A stretch of DNA of 46,337 nt from an uncultured Candidatus Saccharibacteria bacterium. Its GTDB lineage: Bacteria; Patescibacteriota; Minisyncoccia; Phycocordibacterales; JACOZG01. Below, one piece after another: positions 42,755 to 46,337 of this stretch. Location: NCBI GenBank assembly GCA_964651115.1, contig CAZYXJ010000002.1:1-46337 (forward strand), written 5' to 3'. Numbering within the stretch: position 1 is the stretch's first letter; each line of letters begins with the position of its first letter. The notes beneath the pieces were generated by a model that saw nothing but the letters and a program-made list of their open reading frames with translations, had not been told where the DNA came from and made no database searches. The translations under genes were made by a program, and so were the position numbers.

Positions 42755-44104
42755 ATGGATTTGATTCCGATCATTGGGCTAGAGATTCACGCCGAACTCG
42801 CGACGGCCACTAAAATGTGGTGTGGCTGTAAAAATGATCCGGACGAAAAACGGCCGAATTGGAACGTCTGTCCAGTCTGTTTGGCTCATCCGGGAACGTT
42901 GCCGGTGCCTAATCGCGAAGCGCTTAGGCACGTGTTGCGCGTGGGTTTGGCCGTGGGCGGTCGACTAGCTGACTTTACGGAGTTTGATCGGAAAAATTAT
43001 TTTTATCCCGATATTCCGAAGGGGTATCAGATTAGTCAGTACGAGTATCCATTAGTCGTTGGTGGGTCGTTGGCCGGCGTAGCTCTAACTCGCATTCACT
43101 TGGAAGAAGATACGGCTCGATCTCAGCACGCGGAAGATGCCGACCATAGCTTGGTTGATTTCAACCGCGCCGGCGTGCCGCTCATGGAGTTGGTGACGGA
43201 GCCAGTGATCGAAAATGCCAAACAGGCCGGCGACTTTGCTCGTGAGCTCCAGTTGTTGTTGCGCTATTTGGGTGTTGCCGAAGCGAATATGGAAAAGGGG
43301 GAGTTGCGAGTTGAGGCGAATATTTCGCTCGGGACGCGAGAAAAATTCGGGACGAAAGTGGAAGTAAAAAATCTAAACTCTTTCCGGGCGGTGGAAAAGG
43401 CCATCAATCACGAACTGGAGCGTCAGCGAGCGTTATTGGCTAGCGGCGGCCAGGTGGTGCAAGAGACGCGTGGTTGGGATGACGTGACCGGGGTCACTTT
43501 TTCTCAACGGCAAAAAGAGTCTTCTCATGATTATCGCTATTTCCCGGATCCCGATATTCCTAAATTTAAATTAAGTGAACTGACCGAATTCCAAAATTTA
43601 GAGCAAACTTTGCCGGAGTTGCCGTGGCAAAAGCGCGAGCGCTACCGGGCTCTGGGTTTTTTGCAGTCTCAAGATGTTGAACAACTCGTTGGCGACTTTG
43701 AGCTGGCTCTCTTTTTTGACCAGACTGCCGCCGAGCTTAGAGATCCGTCCCTAATTAAGGCGGCGGCGAACATTATTTTAAATGATATTGCGGGTAAGCG
43801 AAAAAATGATCCAGCGTGGTTGCCGACGGCTGAGACATTTGTGAAAGTGATTAAGCTTAATTTGCCCATGCCGCAAACGCGGAGTTCAATTCTAACCGGC
43901 ACAATCGTCGAAGTGCTGTCTGATGACGCGCTCGGTGGAATCGTGGAGAAAGTTGTCGCGGCCAATCCCAACGTGGTCGCTGACTATCGGGGCGGCAAAC
44001 AATCGGCCTTACAATTTTTGGTTGGGCAGGGGATGAAGGAGAGCCAGGGCAGTGCTAATCCGGCGGTGTTGGCAAAATTATTTAAAGCGGCTTTAGATTC
44101 TTAA
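42755..44104 (+). CDS. gatB: Asp/Glu-tRNA amidotransferase subunit B
   Basis: IGLEIHAELATATKMWCGC, HLEEDTA, NRAGVPLMELVTEP and EANISL. Start trimmed to ATG 42755 (MDLIPIIGLE). Confidence 0.9.
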   Translation: MDLIPIIGLEIHAELATATKMWCGCKNDPDEKRPNWNVCPVCLAHPGTLPVPNREALRHVLRVGLAVGGRLADFTEFDRKNYFYPDIPKGYQISQYEYPLVVGGSLAGVALTRIHLEEDTARSQHAEDADHSLVDFNRAGVPLMELVTEPVIENAKQAGDFARELQLLLRYLGVAEANMEKGELRVEANISLGTREKFGTKVEVKNLNSFRAVEKAINHELERQRALLASGGQVVQETRGWDDVTGVTFSQRQKESSHDYRYFPDPDIPKFKLSELTEFQNLEQTLPELPWQKRERYRALGFLQSQDVEQLVGDFELALFFDQTAAELRDPSLIKAAANIILNDIAGKRKNDPAWLPTAETFVKVIKLNLPMPQTRSSILTGTIVEVLSDDALGGIVEKVVAANPNVVADYRGGKQSALQFLVGQGMKESQGSANPAVLAKLFKAALDS

Positions 44105-44106
44105 TT

Positions 44107-44526
44107 ATGAGTTGGATCTTACTTTCTTTACTCTCGGCTTTTTTTGCCGCTTTGGTGGCAATCTTGGGTAAGTTGGGAATTAAGGAGATTGATTCGACCC
44201 TGGCCACGGGAGTGCGCGCGGCGGTGATGGCGGTAGCAATGCTGGTGGCGGTTACTGCTCTGGGTAAATGGAAATTCGTTTCCACCATTGACGGCCGCGC
44301 GCTCGGCTTTATTGTGGCTTCGGGTTTGGCCGGAGCGCTGTCGTGGTTATTTTATTTTCTCGCTTTAAAAAGTGGTAAGGCCTCTTCGGTGGCGGCGGTT
44401 GATCGTTTGAGCGTCGTCTTTGTACTGATCCTCGCCGCTCTCTTTTTGGGCGAGCTGGCGACGTGGAAGGCGTGGGGCGGCGCGGCGCTTATCGTCCTGG
44501 GCGCGATCTTAATGGTGCTGGGGTAG
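44107..44526 (+). CDS. Half-size EamA/DMT-family transporter (4-5 TM)
   Basis: 139 aa; SALFYFLALKSG-like and LGAILMVL blocks typical of EamA domains. Confidence 0.6.
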   Translation: MSWILLSLLSAFFAALVAILGKLGIKEIDSTLATGVRAAVMAVAMLVAVTALGKWKFVSTIDGRALGFIVASGLAGALSWLFYFLALKSGKASSVAAVDRLSVVFVLILAALFLGELATWKAWGGAALIVLGAILMVLG

Positions 44527-44533
44527 GGGATCT

Positions 44534-44692
44534 ATGAAGAAAGTCATCAGCACTGCTAAAAAATCCATCCAATCAATCGAGAAAATATCGCACTTTCGTT
44601 GTGCTCACTGCAACAAATGGTGGTCTATCGGTGATGCCCCGCGTCGTAAAAAGTGGTGGTGCCCTTGGTGTGGCCAGGGGGTTATGTTGTAG
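44534..44692 (+). CDS. 52-aa zinc-ribbon mini-protein (absent from the ORF track)
   Basis: MKKVISTAKKSIQSIEKISHFRCAHCNKWWSIGDAPRRKKWWCPWCGQGVML has two CxxC pairs 16 residues apart. GGGGA lies 5 nt upstream, and the start is 7 nt after the EamA stop. Confidence 0.5.
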   Translation: MKKVISTAKKSIQSIEKISHFRCAHCNKWWSIGDAPRRKKWWCPWCGQGVML

Positions 44693-44700
44693 GGTCTAGG

Positions 44701-44870
44701 TAAAAAAATAGCCCCGCTTGGAGGCGTTCCGGTCGATCCGGTCTGCCAAACGGGGGTTGCGAACGTTGCTCGAATGCTTAGCGGAATGCTAATCCTTGGC
44801 GAACTGACGGCCAGAAGGAGTTACATCCGAGCTTCGGTTGAACTCGCAACAAGTGCCTTTCGGGCACTTC
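44701..44870 (+). ncRNA. Candidate structured RNA, unit A (unclassified)
   Basis: P1 hairpin ccccgcttgg (44712-44721) / ccaaacgggg (44746-44755). Long-range helix GTTGCGA (44756-44762) / TCGCAAC (44844-44850) encloses three hairpins. Terminal hairpin aagtgcc-tttcg-ggcactt. No ORF. The ends are approximate. Confidence 0.45.
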
Positions 44871-44903
44871 CATCGCCAGTTTAATCTAAATTTTGTAATC
44901 TTT

Positions 44904-44937
44904 AAAGATGGCGGCCTCATAGAGTTTAAGATTTAGG
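44904..44937 (+). promoter_or_regulatory. 34-nt conserved box, copy 1
   Basis: AAAGATGGCGGCCTCATAGAGTTTAAGATTTAGG is 28/34 identical to copy 2. It holds a -10-like TAAGAT located 17 nt after AAAGAT. Confidence 0.6.
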
Positions 44938-44939
44938 AA

Positions 44940-44968
44940 TTGACAATTTGGTTTATGTAGTGTTTACT
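44940..44968 (+). promoter_or_regulatory. Sigma70-type promoter for ORF 45023
   Basis: TTGACA (44940-44945), a 17-nt spacer, TTTACT (44963-44968), preceded by TG. Confidence 0.6.
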
Positions 44969-45022
44969 ACCGGTAGAAAATGTTTTCGAATTCCAGATAA
45001 CCAAAATTGAAAGGACTAAGGC

Positions 45023-45214
45023 ATGACTCTACTTGAAGAATTTTACAATGCCCGTATCAGTGAACCGGATCCAGCAAAGAAGATGTTATTCACGGTCTTT
45101 AGTGATCTGATCGCGCGAGTTGGTTTTGGTGATTGGTGGCGTTCGTGCGACGAAAAGGTTCAAAACGAAATACTTCAAACCAACCTGGACAAGATTCGAC
45201 AGCAGATGTCGTAG
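45023..45214 (+). CDS. 63-aa hypothetical protein
   Basis: It has its own promoter and a gaaagga 10 nt upstream. The product looks soluble and helical. No family recognised. Confidence 0.45.
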   Translation: MTLLEEFYNARISEPDPAKKMLFTVFSDLIARVGFGDWWRSCDEKVQNEILQTNLDKIRQQMS

Positions 45215-45307
45215 TCAACGCCCACCATCTCAAACACGGAAAATTCACGTCGCGAGAGGAGGGTTTCTGTTAAATGAAGATGACTGCCATTGAAAAAAGG
45301 AAATATT

Positions 45308-45499
45308 ATGAAAAAGTTCTGGCTTCTGATTGCTCTTTGGAACACTGTGGTCATGTGTGTGAATCTGACTGTTCTGCCGCACTTCGGTCCGGCAGCGACG
45401 GCTTACATCACACCCCAATCGCAGTTGCTTCCGATCATGATCCCGCTGGCTCTCTACGCGCTTTCCTTCGGACAAGTTCGAAGGTTGGTGTGGAGGTGA
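45308..45499 (+). CDS. 63-aa two-TM membrane protein (hypothetical)
   Basis: MKKFWLLIALWNTVVMCVNL...LLPIMIPLALYALSF..RRLVWR. AAGGA lies 8 nt upstream and a terminator lies downstream. It competes with the overlapping frame 45274-45510. Confidence 0.4.
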   Translation: MKKFWLLIALWNTVVMCVNLTVLPHFGPAATAYITPQSQLLPIMIPLALYALSFGQVRRLVWR

Positions 45500-45523
45500 G
45501 ATCGGTTTGATCAGGTAATTACG

Positions 45524-45564
45524 AGGGCGGCCTGGATAAACTCTAGGCCGCCCTTTCTTCTTTT
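45524..45564 (+). terminator. Rho-independent terminator
   Basis: agggcggcc / ggccgccct with a 13-nt loop, followed by ttcttctttt. Confidence 0.75.
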
Positions 45565-45565
45565 A

Positions 45566-45599
45566 GAAGACGGCGGTGTCACAGAGTTTAAAATTTAGG
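45566..45599 (+). promoter_or_regulatory. 34-nt conserved box, copy 2
   Basis: GAAGACGGCGGTGTCACAGAGTTTAAAATTTAGG. GAAGAC, a 17-nt spacer, then TAAAAT (45589-45594). It runs straight into TAAAAATAGAGCC, the start of unit B. Confidence 0.6.
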
Positions 45600-45600
45600 T

Positions 45601-45745
45601 AAAAATAGAGCCGCGATGCACTGTTTCCCTTGGGAGACGGCGCATCCGGCTGATGAGTTGCGAGGCTTTCGTCAGCACAGGCGTTGCCTGATCTTTGACT
45701 AAGTCATGGGGTTGGGTATCCAAATCCAACCCTTTCGCAACTAAG
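45601..45745 (+). ncRNA. Candidate structured RNA, unit B (paralog of unit A)
   Basis: P1 agccgcgatgc (45609-45619) / gcatccggct (45642-45651). Helix GTTGCGA (45657-45663) / TCGCAAC (45735-45741) encloses three hairpins (caggc-gtt-gcctg, tgac-taa-gtca, gggttgg-N10-ccaaccc). The ends are approximate. Confidence 0.45.
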
Positions 45746-45761
45746 CAAATTGTAGCATTTG

Positions 45762-45795
45762 GAAGACGGAAATACTATCGAGTTTAAAATCAAAA
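45762..45795 (+). promoter_or_regulatory. 34-nt conserved box, copy 3
   Basis: GAAGACGGAAATACTATCGAGTTTAAAATCAAAA is 22/34 identical to copy 2, with the same GAAGAC-N17-TAAAAT geometry. Confidence 0.5.
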
Positions 45796-45940
45796 AAGCC
45801 CGTCGAGTACGTCTACTCGCGGACTTGTGTTTCCGAAAGACCTTTGGTGGCCCGGACGGGTGGGGTGGACATAATGCGATGCAGGGAGCACGTGCTCTAT
45901 CCTGGAGGCCCACCCCACCCGTCGCCGTCACCACTTTTTT
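45796..45940 (+). ncRNA. Candidate small RNA, unit C, ending in a long GC-rich terminator hairpin
   Basis: 5' hairpin at 45800-45822. A 14-bp perfect helix gacgggtggggtgg (45855-45868) / ccaccccacccgtc (45910-45923), followed by T6 (45935-45940). The ORFs predicted here cross these structures. Confidence 0.45.
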
Positions 45941-45983
45941 GACTTTACCAAAATCCTTCCTGGCCGTCAATTTTGCTACTAAA

Positions 45984-46011
45984 TTGACAAGCCGGGATAA
46001 TCGTGTATTCT
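45984..46011 (+). promoter_or_regulatory. Sigma70-type promoter for the RRM gene
   Basis: TTGACA (45984-45989), a 16-nt spacer, TATTCT (46006-46011). The -35 lies inside the inverted repeat gtcaattt-N7-aaattgac (45966-45988). Confidence 0.55.
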
Positions 46012-46108
46012 AATAATACGTAGTAAGTGTTTCTCGAGGTTCCTGCATTTGTTCAAAGTGTCGGGAGACGTGGAGAAAGGTCGCCTTACACGAAAAACAA
46101 AAGTTCAA

Positions 46109-46337
46109 ATGGCTAAAAAATTGTACGTCGGCGGTATTCCGTATTCAAGTACGGATGAGACGCTGAAGGCCGCTTTTGCTCAGGCTGGCTCCGTTGAGTC
46201 TGCGACCATCATCATGGATCGCATGACGGGTCGCTCGAAAGGCTTCGGCTTTGTCGAGATGACCTCGGACGAGGATGCGCAAAAAGCGATCGCGATGTGG
46301 AATGGTCAGGACTTTGAGGGTCGCAAGCTTACGGTCA
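46109..46337 (+). CDS. RRM-type RNA-binding protein (partial, runs off the right edge)
   Basis: MAKKLYVGGIPYS (RNP-2) and KGFGFVEM (RNP-1). Confidence 0.85.
   Translation, partial: MAKKLYVGGIPYSSTDETLKAAFAQAGSVESATIIMDRMTGRSKGFGFVEMTSDEDAQKAIAMWNGQDFEGRKLTV

Noticed and set aside
45650-45745. CTGATGAG in unit B suggested a hammerhead ribozyme core.
   Set aside because: The helix that follows (GTTGCGA/TCGCAAC) is not followed by the required GAAA. The nucleotide at the would-be cleavage position before stem I is G. The motif is absent from paralogous unit A.
44900-45800. Integron cassette array or CRISPR-like array, suggested by the repeated 34-nt boxes.
   Set aside because: The boxes lack attC-type inverted cores (RYYYAAC/GTTRRRY) and are not palindromic. 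The spacings are irregular (about 660 and 195 nt). No integrase or cas genes are present. Three copies with divergent sequence do not fit a CRISPR array.
44700-45960. Known housekeeping RNAs (RNase P, tmRNA, SRP/4.5S, 6S), riboswitches, or true tRNAs for the cloverleaf-like domains.
   Set aside because: None of the diagnostic blocks is present. I looked for GAGGAAAGTCC and ACAGAANCCGGCTTA of RNase P, the tRNA-like 3' end of tmRNA, the GGAA/AGCA helix 8 of SRP, and tRNA T and D loops. This was checked by eye only, so an Rfam scan is still needed.
45704-46013. ORFs 45704-45970 (-) and 45759-46013 (+).
   Set aside because: Both run through the box, the 14-bp GC hairpin with its T6 terminator, and the RRM promoter. 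The plus-strand one starts at TTG with no SD, and both translations are low-complexity. They are better explained as noncoding RNA and regulatory sequence.

Overview
This window looks like a small-genome, Patescibacteria/CPR-like bacterium. That assignment is an inference from a very divergent 16S 3' domain, an unlinked rRNA gene, compact overlapping genes and few Shine-Dalgarno sites. All calls rest on reading the sequence and the supplied ORF translations; no BLAST, HMM or Rfam search was possible.

Layout, left to right:
- 1-1.5 kb: partial 16S rRNA, then a secreted SLT-like gene, then tRNA-Ile(GAU) and tRNA-Leu(CAG). No 23S follows.
- 1.5-9.6 kb: methyltransferase, murD, an unknown membrane protein, murC, a DUF4015-like glycosidase, a membrane hydrolase-like protein and an orphan soluble TraD/VirD4-like ATPase.
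- 9.6-27.8 kb: an 18-kb, tightly coupled cell-surface glycopolymer locus. It holds 5 GT-B glycosyltransferases, a GT2/GtrA/GT-C triad, a Wzx flippase, a TagF-like gene, a LicC-like cytidylyltransferase, 4 methyltransferases, 2 deacetylases and an O-antigen-ligase-TPR protein. Its core is low in GC.
- 27.8-30.6 kb: two AT-only palindromes, an unannotated 29-aa Lys/Arg-rich ORF with a strong terminator, and secA 22 nt after that terminator.
- 30.6-41 kb: an island of secreted or anchored surface proteins. These include a heparinase II/III-like protein with a PG-binding domain, a YadA-head-like repeat fibre with a PE tail, an acidic repeat protein, and two PKD proteins, one of which has foreign high-GC codon usage.
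- 41-44.7 kb: murB, small membrane proteins, gatB, a half-size EamA transporter and a zinc-ribbon mini-ORF.
- 44.7-46.0 kb: a mostly noncoding cluster with three copies of a 34-nt promoter-like box, three candidate structured RNAs (two clearly paralogous) and two 63-aa ORFs.
- 46.1 kb to the window end: a partial RRM RNA-binding protein gene.

The most unusual signals are the RNA/box cluster, the mini-ORF-terminator-secA arrangement, and a 16S tail without CCUCC combined with many promoters that sit directly on start codons.
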